Both the position numbers and the translations under genes were made by a program. Below the pieces are notes generated by a model. The model was not told the DNA's origin and did no database searches. It saw only the letters and a program-made list of their open reading frames with translations. From assembly GCA_963843145.1 (NCBI GenBank), contig CAWJJC010000012.1:128001-192000 (forward strand): 64,000 nt of DNA. Reading direction: 5' to 3'. Below are positions 1 to 9,868 of the stretch, piece after piece. The DNA is from an uncultured delta proteobacterium. Lineage in GTDB: Bacteria; Desulfobacterota; RBG-13-43-22. Each line of letters starts with the position of its first letter. Positions within the stretch are counted from its first letter, which is position 1.

Positions 1-1
1 C

Positions 2-274
2 TATTATCAGGATGTCTTAAAGGGAGAGTGGTGGTATTACCCCTATCGGTTTCAGTCTGGTTTTACCGAATCCTTGCCACATATTTTGAACCAGACCGAT
101 TTCAGGCAGCAATTGATCGACCAAAATCTAGTGACCCCCTTGCTCGGGGAGGAATCCGGATTTTTGGTGTTGGATTTGAAAGATCCGGAATTTGAGCTCA
201 AGGCGATCCGAATTTATAATTTATTCCAGGAGTTTATGGAAACCGCTCAATCAATCAGACAAGGTAGAAAATGA
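2..274 (+). CDS. Partial hypothetical protein (5' end outside window)
   Basis: Frame of ORF 74..274 is open back to position 2 (YYQDVLKGEWWYYP...); stop overlaps the next ATG (ATGA). Confidence 0.6.
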   Translation, partial: YYQDVLKGEWWYYPYRFQSGFTESLPHILNQTDFRQQLIDQNLVTPLLGEESGFLVLDLKDPEFELKAIRIYNLFQEFMETAQSIRQGRK

Positions 275-936
275 TGGCGAAAAACGGCAACGGCAACGGC
301 AACGGCAAGGGCAGATCTATGGAGGGAATTTATTCCTTTTATTCCCCTTTCTACGATTTAATCTTTGGAAAGTCCCTGGAAGCCGGGCGCAGGCTGGCTT
401 TCAAGTATCTCGACCCTTCCGGCCCCAAAAAAGTATTGGAAGTGGGGATCGGGACCGGTCTGACCTTGCGGCATTACCCCAAATCCTGCCATATCGTCGG
501 GATTGACATTTCCGCCAAAATGATTGAGCGGGCCCGAGAGCGGGTCGCGCTTCTGGGCAATGGCCATACTATTGACCTGGAGGTCATGGATGCCTGTAAT
601 ATGACCTTCGAGGACAACTCCTTTGACGCGGTTCTCTCCCCTTTCGTCATCACCACGGTCAAGGATCCTCAACAATTCTGCCGGGAAATCCTCCGGGTGT
701 GTAAACCCGGCGGGCAAATCATTATCGTCAATCATTCCAAAGATCCAGACCGCTTATTCGGAAAATTGGAGGCCTGGGCCTCCCCGTTTTTTTCCCGGGT
801 CGGCTTTGTGACCGACTTGGATGTGGTCAGCCTGGTCCGTTCCACCGAGATCGAAATCCAGCAGATCATTAAGTGCAACCTCTTCAATTTACATAAAATC
901 ATATTGGGGCACAAACCAAAAACCAGCCCCGTTTGA
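271..936 (+). CDS. Class I SAM-dependent methyltransferase, PmtA-like (phosphatidylethanolamine N-methyltransferase family)
   Basis: VLEVGIGTG SAM motif I, GIDIS, YDLIFGKSLEAGRR N-terminus, RVCKPGGQIIIVNH; NGNGNGNG low-complexity start. Confidence 0.8.
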   Translation: MMAKNGNGNGNGKGRSMEGIYSFYSPFYDLIFGKSLEAGRRLAFKYLDPSGPKKVLEVGIGTGLTLRHYPKSCHIVGIDISAKMIERARERVALLGNGHTIDLEVMDACNMTFEDNSFDAVLSPFVITTVKDPQQFCREILRVCKPGGQIIIVNHSKDPDRLFGKLEAWASPFFSRVGFVTDLDVVSLVRSTEIEIQQIIKCNLFNLHKIILGHKPKTSPV

Positions 937-945
937 TTTTATTCT

Positions 946-2367
946 ATGATTCAAAAAATATCCAAAAAAGAAGCCGAGGCCTTAGGAAAAAAACTGGCCT
1001 ATAAAACCCACCTGGTCTGGGATGCCCTGAAGCCCTCGGAGGAACAAAAGCTTTGGAAACTGGGGGAAGACTATAAAACCTTCCTGGATGCCTCCAAAAC
1101 TGAACGAGAGACTGTTGCGGAAATTTCCCGGCTGTTAAAGAGGGGTGGATTTGATTCGGCCGAGAAGAACCGGGCGGGAAGTCGCGTTTACCAGATTTTT
1201 AAAGACAAGGTCCTGGCCCTGGCCGTTTTAGGAAAAGAACCGCTGACCACCGGATTGCGCCTGATCGCCTCGCATATCGATGCCCCGCGCCTGGACTTGA
1301 AGCAGCGCCCCCTCTATGAAGACGTGGACCTGGCTTTTTTCAAAACCCATTACTATGGGGGAATCAAGAAATATCAGTGGCTGGCCCGCCCGCTGGCTTT
1401 GCACGGGACGGTGATGAAAAGCAACGGAGAGAAGATTAACCTGGTCATCGGCGAAAAACCGGATGATCCGGTCTTCACCGTTTCCGACCTGTTGCCTCAT
1501 CTGGCCAAGAAGGTTCAGATGGATAAAAAGCTTTCCGAGGCCATAGAGGGAGAAAAATTGAATATCCTTCTCGGAAGCCTGCCCTTAGGACCCCCAGAGG
1601 GTAAGGACCGTTTCCGGCTGGCCGTCTTGAATATTCTTTACGACCGTTTTGGGATCGTGGAAGAAGACCTGACCAGTGCTGAATTAGAGGTGGTCCCGGC
1701 GGAATCGGCCAGGGATGTGGGTCTTGATCGGGGGATTGTCGGCGCCTATGGGCAGGACGATCGCGTCAGCGCTTTTTGCAGTCTCCAGGCCGGCCTGGAG
1801 GTTTCGCCGGCCAAGAAAAATATTCTTTTGCTTTTCTTCGACAAGGAAGAAATCGGCAGCGAAGGCAATACCAGCGCCCGGTCCCAGCTTATAGAGTTCT
1901 CTTTGGAACGGCTGTTTAGTTTAAAAAAAGAACCCTTTTCGCGGAAGATCCTGGTTCGCACTCTGGCCGAAACCAAGGCGCTGTCGGCCGACGTGGCCGG
2001 CGCCCTGGATCCCGATTATCAGGAGGTTCACGAAAAGCGGAATGCCCCCCGAATGGGGTATGGTCTCTGCCTGACCAAATTCACCGGGTCCGGGGGGAAA
2101 TACGGTTCCAGCGATGCCAATTCCGAGTACCTGTTTTGGGTGAGAAGCCTTTTCAATCGCCAGGAAGTGATCTGGCAGACGGGGGAACTAGGCAAAGTGG
2201 ATGAGGGCGGGGGCGGAACCATTGCCAAATTTTTAGCCGCCTTGGGGATGGATGTCCTGGACTGCGGGACACCGGTCCTTTCCATGCATTCCCCCTTTGA
2301 GCTGGTCAGCAAAGCGGACCTGTTTATGACCTACAAGGGATACCGAGCCTTTTTGACCGCACCTTAA
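946..2367 (+). CDS. M18 family aminopeptidase
   Basis: SHIDAPRLDLK, THYYGGIKKYQW, GQDDR, DKEEIGS, SMHSPFE metal-ligand motifs. Confidence 0.92.
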   Translation: MIQKISKKEAEALGKKLAYKTHLVWDALKPSEEQKLWKLGEDYKTFLDASKTERETVAEISRLLKRGGFDSAEKNRAGSRVYQIFKDKVLALAVLGKEPLTTGLRLIASHIDAPRLDLKQRPLYEDVDLAFFKTHYYGGIKKYQWLARPLALHGTVMKSNGEKINLVIGEKPDDPVFTVSDLLPHLAKKVQMDKKLSEAIEGEKLNILLGSLPLGPPEGKDRFRLAVLNILYDRFGIVEEDLTSAELEVVPAESARDVGLDRGIVGAYGQDDRVSAFCSLQAGLEVSPAKKNILLLFFDKEEIGSEGNTSARSQLIEFSLERLFSLKKEPFSRKILVRTLAETKALSADVAGALDPDYQEVHEKRNAPRMGYGLCLTKFTGSGGKYGSSDANSEYLFWVRSLFNRQEVIWQTGELGKVDEGGGGTIAKFLAALGMDVLDCGTPVLSMHSPFELVSKADLFMTYKGYRAFLTAP

Positions 2368-2374
2368 GAACTAC

Positions 2375-2570
2375 AAATTCGAAATCCGAAGCACGAAATC
2401 CGAAACAAATTCAAATGACCCAAATTCGAAATTCAAAACACCTCAACCCTTGAACAGGGGAAGATTCGGGAATCACCCACCTCCCGTCGAGGGAGGTGGA
2501 GACGTTTCGGTCATTTGGATTTTGAATATTCGGGTTTGTTTCGAATTTCGTGCTTCGGATTTCGAATTTT
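2375..2570. repeat. Long imperfect inverted repeat built of 7-nt phased units between convergent genes (probable bidirectional terminator or REP-like element)
   Basis: aaattcgaaatccgaagcacgaaatccgaaacaaa (2375-2409) is nearly the reverse complement of tttgtttcgaatttcgtgcttcggatttcgaattt (2535-2569); weaker inner arms continue. Confidence 0.8.
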
Positions 2571-2573
2571 CAG

Positions 2574-3947
2574 TTAAAAAAGGGCCGCCAGACACTCTTG
2601 AAGAGAAGATACGCCGATTAACCCCATGACCGTCTGCCCGGGAAGTTGATCTCTGTTATTCTTGGGCAGGAGACAGCGGGTAAACCCCAGCTTTTCCGCT
2701 TCCTTAACCCGGACAGGGGCCTGGCTTACGGCCCGAATCTCACCGGTCAGGCCCACTTCTCCGAAGATAATGGTACTGGAAGGAATCGGGCGATCCAGGA
2801 AACTGGAAGCCAGAGAGGCGGCGATCCCCAGGTCCACCGCCGGTTCATCGATCCGCACCCCTCCGGCTACGTTGACAAAAATATCCAGACCCAGAATATT
2901 CAAACCCACCTTTTTTTCCAGGACCGCTAACAGTAAGGATACCCGATTGGGGTCCACCCCCATGGCTGTCCGGCGGGGAACCCCGAAATTGGATTGACTG
3001 ACCAGGGCCTGCAATTCCACCAGAATAGGCCGGGTCCCCTCCAGGCTGGGCACCACCACCGATCCGGAAACGTTCAAGGGCCGCTCGGACAGGAATAGGG
3101 AGGAAGGATCCATGATTTCTTCCAGACCGGTATCCTTCATCTCAAACACCCCGATTTCATTGGTCGAACCAAAACGGTTTTTGACCGCCCGCAGGATCCG
3201 GTAGGCATGACCCCGTTCGCCTTCAAAGTAGAGGACGGTATCCACCATATGTTCCAGGACCCGGGGACCGGCCAAGATCCCCTCCTTAGTTACATGACCG
3301 ACGATAAACAGGGAGCTGACCGTTTTCTTGGACCAGAGGCTCAAACGGCCGGCCACTTCCCTGACCTGGGAGACGCTACCGGGGGCGGAGGCCAGGTCCC
3401 CGGAATAGATGGTTTGGACGGAATCGATTACCAAAAACCGGGGTTTAAGTTCCTGCAGGGTACGAAAAATCTTTTCCAGCGAGGTTTCGGCCAGGACATA
3501 AACCGGTCCTTCAGTCACCCCTAAGCGTTCTCCCCGCATCTTGACCTGGCGGGCGGATTCTTCCCCGGAAATATACAGAGCCGTTCCGCCTTCCCGGACC
3601 AGGGCGTGCAGGGCCTGGAGCACCAGGGTGGATTTGCCGATCCCCGGATCGCCGCCGATCAATATGACCGACCCGGGCACTACCCCGCCGCCCAGGACCC
3701 GGTCCAGTTCTTGAATCCCGGTGAGGAAGCGTTCCTCGCTTTGGCCGGAGATGTCCTTTAACAACCGGGGGGCTTCATCGGGAAAAGAGAAATCTCCACC
3801 CAAGACAGCGGCCGTTTTGGGGTTGACCCGGACCTCTTCCACCAGCGTGTTCCAGTTTCCGCAGTCCGGGCAGCGTCCCAGCCATTTCGGGCTCTGCGAA
3901 CCGCAGGACTGGCAAATAAAAACGGTTTTTTCATTTTTTCCGGGCAT
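2574..3947 (-). CDS. radA: DNA repair protein RadA/Sms
   Basis: CQSCG..CPDCG zinc finger, GGDPGIGKST Walker A, KNRFG motif, Lon-like C-terminus; start placed at MPGKNEKTVF. Confidence 0.97.
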   Translation of the reverse strand: MPGKNEKTVFICQSCGSQSPKWLGRCPDCGNWNTLVEEVRVNPKTAAVLGGDFSFPDEAPRLLKDISGQSEERFLTGIQELDRVLGGGVVPGSVILIGGDPGIGKSTLVLQALHALVREGGTALYISGEESARQVKMRGERLGVTEGPVYVLAETSLEKIFRTLQELKPRFLVIDSVQTIYSGDLASAPGSVSQVREVAGRLSLWSKKTVSSLFIVGHVTKEGILAGPRVLEHMVDTVLYFEGERGHAYRILRAVKNRFGSTNEIGVFEMKDTGLEEIMDPSSLFLSERPLNVSGSVVVPSLEGTRPILVELQALVSQSNFGVPRRTAMGVDPNRVSLLLAVLEKKVGLNILGLDIFVNVAGGVRIDEPAVDLGIAASLASSFLDRPIPSSTIIFGEVGLTGEIRAVSQAPVRVKEAEKLGFTRCLLPKNNRDQLPGQTVMGLIGVSSLQECLAALF

Positions 3948-4055
3948 AGGCGACCTGAAAGGAAAGGGGGCCATCTTCTTACGCCCCCGGTTTATTAATG
4001 GGTAGTTCCCCCGTATAGTATAATGGCTGATGTCTTTTAGGAAGAAAAAATTTAG

Positions 4056-4083
4056 TTGACAGATAATAAAAAACATTTAAAAT
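4056..4083 (+). promoter_or_regulatory. Sigma70-type promoter for tRNA-Gly
   Basis: TTGACA(4056)-16 nt-TAAAAT(4078), 12 nt upstream of the tRNA. Confidence 0.65.
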
Positions 4084-4094
4084 AATAAGGTTTA

Positions 4095-4170
4095 GCGGGC
4101 ATAGCTCAGCTGGTAGAGTACAAGCTTCCCAAGCTTGGTGTCGCGGGTTCGAATCCCGTTGCCCGCTCCA
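4095..4170 (+). tRNA. tRNA-Gly (anticodon CCC)
   Basis: GCGGGCA/TGCCCGC acceptor stem, TAGCTCAGCTGGTAGAG D arm, CAAGC-TT-CCC-AA-GCTTG anticodon arm, GGTTCGAATCCC T arm, encoded CCA. Confidence 0.97.
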
Positions 4171-4312
4171 ACGCTTAACGGAGCCAGGTAGTTCCCTTTT
4201 TGAGGTGGGCCTTAGGTTCGGTCGGATGAAAGGCCATTACTTCGAATAGCGGATTATTGATAGTTTCAGAAACATTAGTCCAAGAAAGTATCAATTTTAT
4301 TTCTGCTGTGCG

Positions 4313-4337
4313 AAGTGGGCTCCGGCCCACTTTTTTT
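4313..4337 (+). promoter_or_regulatory. rimP leader hairpin with U-tract (terminator/attenuator-like)
   Basis: aagtgggc-tccg-gcccactt followed by Ts, about 25 nt upstream of rimP; such a hairpin is common ahead of rimP-nusA-infB. Confidence 0.75.
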
Positions 4338-4361
4338 GTGTCCAAGGGGAGATAGAGGAAA

Positions 4362-4832
4362 ATGGGCCAGTTGCCGGAAGAGGCCTTCAATAAAATCAAA
4401 ACGCTGGCCGAATCCCTCCTCCAGGAAGAAAAAATGGAATTGGCGGATATGGAATTGCTCAGGGAGGGCCGGGGATGGGTGCTCCGCCTGTTCATAGATA
4501 AAACCGGTGGGATCACCCTGGACGATTGCGCTTCTGTCAGTCGACAGCTCGGGGACCTGTTGGAGGTGGAGGACCTTATCCCCTTTCGCTATACCCTGGA
4601 GGTCTCTTCCCCGGGTTTGGACCGGCCCCTTAAAAAGGACCAGGACTTCTTGCGCCAGATCGGCAACCCGATCCAGGTCATAACTCGGAGTCCCTGGGAA
4701 GGACGGAGTTTCTTTAAGGGGAAGATGTTGGATTATCAGGTGTCCGGCACTCTTTCGCTGGCTGATGAGAAAAAAGTCTGGGAGATCCCGGTTTCCCTCA
4801 TTGCTAAAGCCCGTTTGGTGTTCGAGGGCTGA
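4362..4832 (+). CDS. rimP: Ribosome maturation factor RimP
   Basis: LRLFIDK.GGITLDDC, YTLEVSSPGLDRPL; operon position. Confidence 0.96.
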   Translation: MGQLPEEAFNKIKTLAESLLQEEKMELADMELLREGRGWVLRLFIDKTGGITLDDCASVSRQLGDLLEVEDLIPFRYTLEVSSPGLDRPLKKDQDFLRQIGNPIQVITRSPWEGRSFFKGKMLDYQVSGTLSLADEKKVWEIPVSLIAKARLVFEG

Positions 4833-4881
4833 TTTTTAAGGAGAAAATACTATGGGCCTGATTCAACGAAAAGAAAAGGAT

Positions 4882-6273
4882 ATGACCGGCGGGATTTCTC
4901 TGGATCTTAAACGCGTCATTGACCAGGTCAGCCGTGATCGGGGCATAGATAAACAGATACTCATTTCCACCTTGGTCGAAGCGATTCGCCAGGCCGCCAA
5001 AAAAAAATTAGGACTTAAACAGGAAATCGAGGTTACTTACAACGAAGAATTAGGCGAGGTCGAAGTCTTTGAATTTAAAGAGGTAGTGGAAAAAGTCAAA
5101 GATCCCCAGACGCAGATTACCATGGAAGAGGGCCGCAGTCTGGACCCGGAATGCGAACTGGGAGACAGCTTGGGCATTAAGATGGAGACCAGTTCTTTCG
5201 GACGGATTGCCGCCCAGTCGGCCAAACAGGTTATCATCCAGCGGATGAAAGACGCCGAACGGGATATTATATTTGAAGATTTTAGAGACCGCCGGGGAGA
5301 AGTGATTAACGGCATCATCCAGCGCTTTGACAAAGGAGCGGCGATTATCAACCTGGGGCGAACCGAAGCTATACTCCCGGTGACCGAACAAATTCCCACG
5401 GAGACCTACAAACAGGGGGATCGCTTAAGGGCCTATGTGCTGGAAATAAAAAAGATCAGTAAAGGGCCGCAAATCATCCTTTCCCGCACCCATCCCCAAT
5501 TTGTGGCGGCTTTGTTTGAAATGGAAGTCCCGGAAGTATCGGAGAAGATCGTTCGGATTATTAATGTGGTCCGGGAACCGGGCGGCCGGACCAAGATTGC
5601 CGTGGCTTCGGATGATAGACAGGTGGATCCGGTAGGGGCCTGCGTGGGCATGAAAGGCAATCGAGTTCAAAACGTCGTTCAGGAATTGCGGGGAGAAAAG
5701 ATCGATATTATCCCCTGGAACCCGGACCAGGCCAAATATATCTGCAGTGCTTTAGCCCCGGCCGAAGTCGTCCGGGTGATCATCGACGAAATAAGCCGTT
5801 CCATGGAAGTGGTCGTGCCCGATGACCAATTGTCCCTGGCCATCGGCAAACGAGGGCAGAATGTTCGCCTGGCCTCCCGATTAACCGGATGGAAAATCGA
5901 TGTGAAAAGCGAATCCAAGTACGACAAGTCCATTAAGGATGGATACCAGTCCCTGCTGCAGATTGCCGGTGTGGGGGAAGTGACGGCCGATGTCCTTTAC
6001 AAAAAAGGCTTCCAATCCGCTCAAGAGGTGGCCGAAGCCTCGCTAGAGGAACTCATCGAGGTCCCCGGCTTGAGCCAGAAAAAGGCCGAAAAGCTTTTGG
6101 AGTCGGCCGCCTCCTACGTCCAGCTCGAGCGTCAAAAAGACGCCCTGGATAAACAAAATCAAGCCCTGGAAGAGGAAAGGGTCGCTACCGAAGCGGCGGC
6201 TACCGACTTGGCTCAAGAGCCGCCCGAAGTGCCGGAAGAGCCGAAGGCCGATGAACCGGAGGAACAGAAATAA
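4882..6273 (+). CDS. nusA: Transcription termination/antitermination factor NusA
   Basis: FGRIAAQSAKQVI, S1 and KH domains, DPVGACVGMKG, LSLAIGKRGQNVRLAS, C-terminal HhH repeats. Confidence 0.97.
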   Translation: MTGGISLDLKRVIDQVSRDRGIDKQILISTLVEAIRQAAKKKLGLKQEIEVTYNEELGEVEVFEFKEVVEKVKDPQTQITMEEGRSLDPECELGDSLGIKMETSSFGRIAAQSAKQVIIQRMKDAERDIIFEDFRDRRGEVINGIIQRFDKGAAIINLGRTEAILPVTEQIPTETYKQGDRLRAYVLEIKKISKGPQIILSRTHPQFVAALFEMEVPEVSEKIVRIINVVREPGGRTKIAVASDDRQVDPVGACVGMKGNRVQNVVQELRGEKIDIIPWNPDQAKYICSALAPAEVVRVIIDEISRSMEVVVPDDQLSLAIGKRGQNVRLASRLTGWKIDVKSESKYDKSIKDGYQSLLQIAGVGEVTADVLYKKGFQSAQEVAEASLEELIEVPGLSQKKAEKLLESAASYVQLERQKDALDKQNQALEEERVATEAAATDLAQEPPEVPEEPKADEPEEQK

Positions 6274-6567
6274 ATGGCGGCGGCTATTCGGGAAAGAACC
6301 TGCCGGGCCTGTCGACAAAAAAGGGAAAAAAGCGCCTTCCTTCGTTTGGTGATCCATAAGGATTCCGTGCTGGAAGCGGATCCTGAACAGGTCCTGCCGG
6401 GCAGAGGCTGGTATCTTTGCCTCCAAAAAGATTGTTTATCGATTATCGACAACCCCAAACAATGTCGCCGAGCCTTCGGTCCCTTTAGGCAGGTAGGTCC
6501 GGTTCTCTGCGAATATATTAAGAATCCGCTGGTAGGGGGTACCCATGACCAAAATGCGCGTGTATGA
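6274..6567 (+). CDS. ylxR: YlxR/DUF448 RNA-binding protein
   Basis: RTCRACR...GRGWYLC motif, located between nusA and infB. Confidence 0.8.
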   Translation: MAAAIRERTCRACRQKREKSAFLRLVIHKDSVLEADPEQVLPGRGWYLCLQKDCLSIIDNPKQCRRAFGPFRQVGPVLCEYIKNPLVGGTHDQNARV

Positions 6568-9112
6568 GTTAGCTAAAGAATTGGAGATGGAAAATAAGGT
6601 CCTGGTGGACGCCATACGGGAGATGAGTATCGAGGTGAAAAGCCATTCTTCATCGCTCTCCGACGAGGAAGTGGCGTTAATTAAGGGCCATCTTAGCGGG
6701 ACCAAATCTTTGGTAGTGGAGGAACAACGGATCAAATCCACAGTCATTCGCCGCAGAAGAAAAGTCGTGGAGGTGGCACCGGAGCCGGAGGTGGAAATTC
6801 CGGCTATCGAATCCCCTCCCCAGCCGGAGCTGGAAGCACCTCCGGCGCCAGAGCCACCCCCTCCCGGCAAACCGTTGCTGGAGACACCAGGGGAACGGGA
6901 AATGGAGGGTGCCCCATCCACACTCCCGGAAAAACAACCCTTGAAAGAAGAGTTGGATCGAACGGCTAAACCGGCCCCGGAGGTTCTCCCTAAACCGGTC
7001 AGGCCACCCAAGCCACCTAAAATGACTCCGGCCAAAGTGATTCGAGCGGCTGAGCCGGTCGCCCCCCCAGCTCCAGCTCCAGCTCCAGCGTCGACGCCGG
7101 TTAAGAGGATTGAAGAAAAGAAGGAGGAAGAGACTCCCAAAAAAGAAAAAGTTCCCATCAAAAAGGGCTTAAAAACCACTCGGGTGTCGACGGAAACGGA
7201 AACTGCGAAGTCCAAGGTATTCAAAAAACGAAAAGAAATCCTGGAACGCGCGGCGCTCTACGATGATTCCGCCCGGGAAGGTCGTCCCGGCAAGGGGATG
7301 AGAAGCGGTAAATCGGCGGCCAAAAAGTATAAAAAGACCGAAATCACCACGCCGAAGGCCAGCAAACGCCGTCTCAAAATTTCCGAGGCTATCACGGTAG
7401 CCGAATTGGCCAAGCGGTTGGGCGTGAAAAGCGGTGAGTTAATGAAAAAACTCATCGCCTTGGGTCTGATGGTGACCTTGAATCAAGCCATTGATTATGA
7501 AGCCGCCGCCTTGGTGGCCGCCGAATTCGGGTATGAAGCCGAAAAGGTTTCTTTCGAGGAGGAGCAAGCTGTCCGCTTGCATACCGATCAACCGGAAGAA
7601 CTAAAGCCGCGACCTCCGGTGGTCACCATTATGGGTCATGTGGATCACGGGAAAACCTCTCTTCTGGACTTGATTCGAAAAACCAATATCACCCAGGGGG
7701 AAGTCGGCGGGATCACCCAGCATATCGGAGCGTATCACGTCAAGCTGGATCGAGGGGAGATCGTTTTTTTGGATACCCCGGGCCATGAGGCCTTTACCGC
7801 TATGCGGGCCCGGGGGGCCCAGATTACCGATATCGTGGTGTTAATCGTGGCGGCCGACGACGGGGTCATGCAGCAGACCAAAGAGGCCATCGATCATGCC
7901 CGCGCGGCGGGAGTGCCGATTATTGTAGCCATCAACAAGATCGATAAGCCCAACGCTAACACGGAACGGGTCAAAAGGCAGTTGGCCGAATATGGACTGG
8001 CGCCGGAAGACTGGGGAGGGGAAACGATTGTGGCCGAAGTCTCGGCCAAAAGCGGCCAGGGGGTGGACCATCTTCTGGAAATGATCCTGTTGCAGGCCGA
8101 AGTCTTGGAATTAAAAGCCAATCCCAAAAAACCGGCCCAGGGGCGGGTGGTGGAAGCCCGGTTGGATAAAGGGCGGGGGCCGGTGGCTACGGTCCTCATT
8201 CAGGGAGGGACCCTCAAGGCCGGAGATCCGTTTATCTGCGGCATTCATTTTGGGAAAGTACGGGCCCTCTACAATGATTGGGGGCAAAAAGTGGATCAAG
8301 CCCTCCCCTCCAGTCCGGTGGAGGTCCACGGTTTCAGTGGGGTACCCAATGCCGGAGAGGAGTTTCAGGTCAGTGAAGACGAGCGGATGGCCAAGCAGGT
8401 CAGCCTGTACCGGGTGCAGAAAAAAAGGGAGGCCGAACTCTCCAAGACCAGCAAGCTCACCCTGGAAAAATTGTACGAACAAATACAAGAAGGCCAGGTC
8501 AAAGAGCTGACGCTGATTCTGAAGGCCGACGTCCAGGGATCCCTCGAAGCCATCAGTGAGGCCCTGAACAAATTAAGCACTGCGGCGGTAAAGGTCGTTA
8601 CCCTTCACAGTTCCACCGGGGCCATCACCGAAACCGATATCATGCTGGCCTCAGCTTCCAAGGCCATCATCATCGGTTTCAACGTTCGCCCCAATCCCAA
8701 GGCCCAGGAATTGGCGGAACAGGAACAGGTGGACGTCCGTTTTTACGATATTATTTACAATTTGGTTTCGGAAGTGAAAGACGCTATGACCGGCATGCTG
8801 GACCCCATCCATAAAGTGGTGGTCAACGGTCACGCCGAAGTCCGTGAGTTGTTTCACGTTCCTAAGGTGGGCACCGTGGCCGGGTGCGGCGTCACGGATG
8901 GTAAGATCGACCGCAATGCCAAGGCCCGCCTCCTCCGGGACAACGTGGTGATCTTTGACGGCCGCCTTTCCTCCCTGCGGCGTTTCAAGGACGATGCCCG
9001 GGAAGTCTTGGCCGGTTTTGAATGCGGCCTCAGCCTGGAAGGGTATAACGATATTAAAGTCGGAGATACGATTGAGTCGTACTACCTGGAGGAGGTCAAG
9101 GCCACGCTGTAA
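6545..9112 (+). CDS. infB: Translation initiation factor IF-2
   Basis: [11 protein letters not shown]-terminus, [21 protein letters not shown]-domain motifs. Confidence 0.98.
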   Translation: MTKMRVYELAKELEMENKVLVDAIREMSIEVKSHSSSLSDEEVALIKGHLSGTKSLVVEEQRIKSTVIRRRRKVVEVAPEPEVEIPAIESPPQPELEAPPAPEPPPPGKPLLETPGEREMEGAPSTLPEKQPLKEELDRTAKPAPEVLPKPVRPPKPPKMTPAKVIRAAEPVAPPAPAPAPASTPVKRIEEKKEEETPKKEKVPIKKGLKTTRVSTETETAKSKVFKKRKEILERAALYDDSAREGRPGKGMRSGKSAAKKYKKTEITTPKASKRRLKISEAITVAELAKRLGVKSGELMKKLIALGLMVTLNQAIDYEAAALVAAEFGYEAEKVSFEEEQAVRLHTDQPEELKPRPPVVTIMGHVDHGKTSLLDLIRKTNITQGEVGGITQHIGAYHVKLDRGEIVFLDTPGHEAFTAMRARGAQITDIVVLIVAADDGVMQQTKEAIDHARAAGVPIIVAINKIDKPNANTERVKRQLAEYGLAPEDWGGETIVAEVSAKSGQGVDHLLEMILLQAEVLELKANPKKPAQGRVVEARLDKGRGPVATVLIQGGTLKAGDPFICGIHFGKVRALYNDWGQKVDQALPSSPVEVHGFSGVPNAGEEFQVSEDERMAKQVSLYRVQKKREAELSKTSKLTLEKLYEQIQEGQVKELTLILKADVQGSLEAISEALNKLSTAAVKVVTLHSSTGAITETDIMLASASKAIIIGFNVRPNPKAQELAEQEQVDVRFYDIIYNLVSEVKDAMTGMLDPIHKVVVNGHAEVRELFHVPKVGTVAGCGVTDGKIDRNAKARLLRDNVVIFDGRLSSLRRFKDDAREVLAGFECGLSLEGYNDIKVGDTIESYYLEEVKATL

Positions 9113-9175
9113 GGGCCCATTTTTGGATTCAAGGGTCTAAAAACCCGAACGTTGCTTTTCAGAGACTGAAAAACG

Positions 9176-9463
9176 ATGGTTATTGGCGTCCTGGAAATAG
9201 TCCTTTGGCTGCCTGAGTCCCATTCCCTGAAGGCCAAGCGTCAGGTCATCAAGAGTCTCAAGGATAAAGTAAGAAACCGGTTTAATGTCTCCATCGCCGA
9301 AGTGGGCGATCAGGAGTTGTGGCAAAAAGCCCATTTGGGAATCTGCAGTCTCAGTAACGATCGCCGGGAGGTCAATGCCCGTTTAGATCAGGTAGTCAAT
9401 TTCGTAGAGCGGCTGCAGGTGGCCGTGGACCTGGAGTTTCGCCTGGAAATGATCGATTATTAA
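9176..9463 (+). CDS. DUF503 (YlxP) family protein
   Basis: HSLKAKRQVIKSL...FNVSIAEV..Q.LWQ; located between infB and rbfA. Confidence 0.88.
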   Translation: MVIGVLEIVLWLPESHSLKAKRQVIKSLKDKVRNRFNVSIAEVGDQELWQKAHLGICSLSNDRREVNARLDQVVNFVERLQVAVDLEFRLEMIDY

Positions 9464-9487
9464 ATTAGGACGGACTGGCCAATTAGG

Positions 9488-9859
9488 ATGATAAAAACCA
9501 ACGTCGGCCGACCCAAACGAACCGGACAGGTTGGAGGGCTGATCCAGAAAGAAATTTCCGATCTGCTCCTGCGCAAAGTCAAAGACCCTCGCCTGGAGAT
9601 GGTGACCATTACCGGCGTGGAGGTCTCTCCGGACCTGAAGCTGGCCCGGGTTTTTTTCAGCCGCCTGGGAAATCCCGAGGAAATCCAGAATACCTGGCAA
9701 GGATTGAAAAAGGCCTCGGGTTTCATTAAACGGGAATTGGGCGCTCGATTGCACTTACGGCATGTGCCGGAGGTGGAATTTTTTCACGATACTTCTTTTG
9801 AATACGGCGACCGGATCGAAGGACTGTTGCGGGGCCTTAAAAAAGATCAGGAAGAATAG
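9488..9859 (+). CDS. rbfA: Ribosome-binding factor A
   Basis: KDPRL..VTITGVEVSPDLKLARVF, LRHVPEVEFFHD.S. Confidence 0.95.
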   Translation: MIKTNVGRPKRTGQVGGLIQKEISDLLLRKVKDPRLEMVTITGVEVSPDLKLARVFFSRLGNPEEIQNTWQGLKKASGFIKRELGARLHLRHVPEVEFFHDTSFEYGDRIEGLLRGLKKDQEE

Positions 9860-9868
9860 CCCCAGACC

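Noticed and set aside
4095-4360. tRNA-Gly as integration site
   Set aside because: Followed by core rimP operon genes; no integrase and no duplicate of the tRNA 3' end seen.
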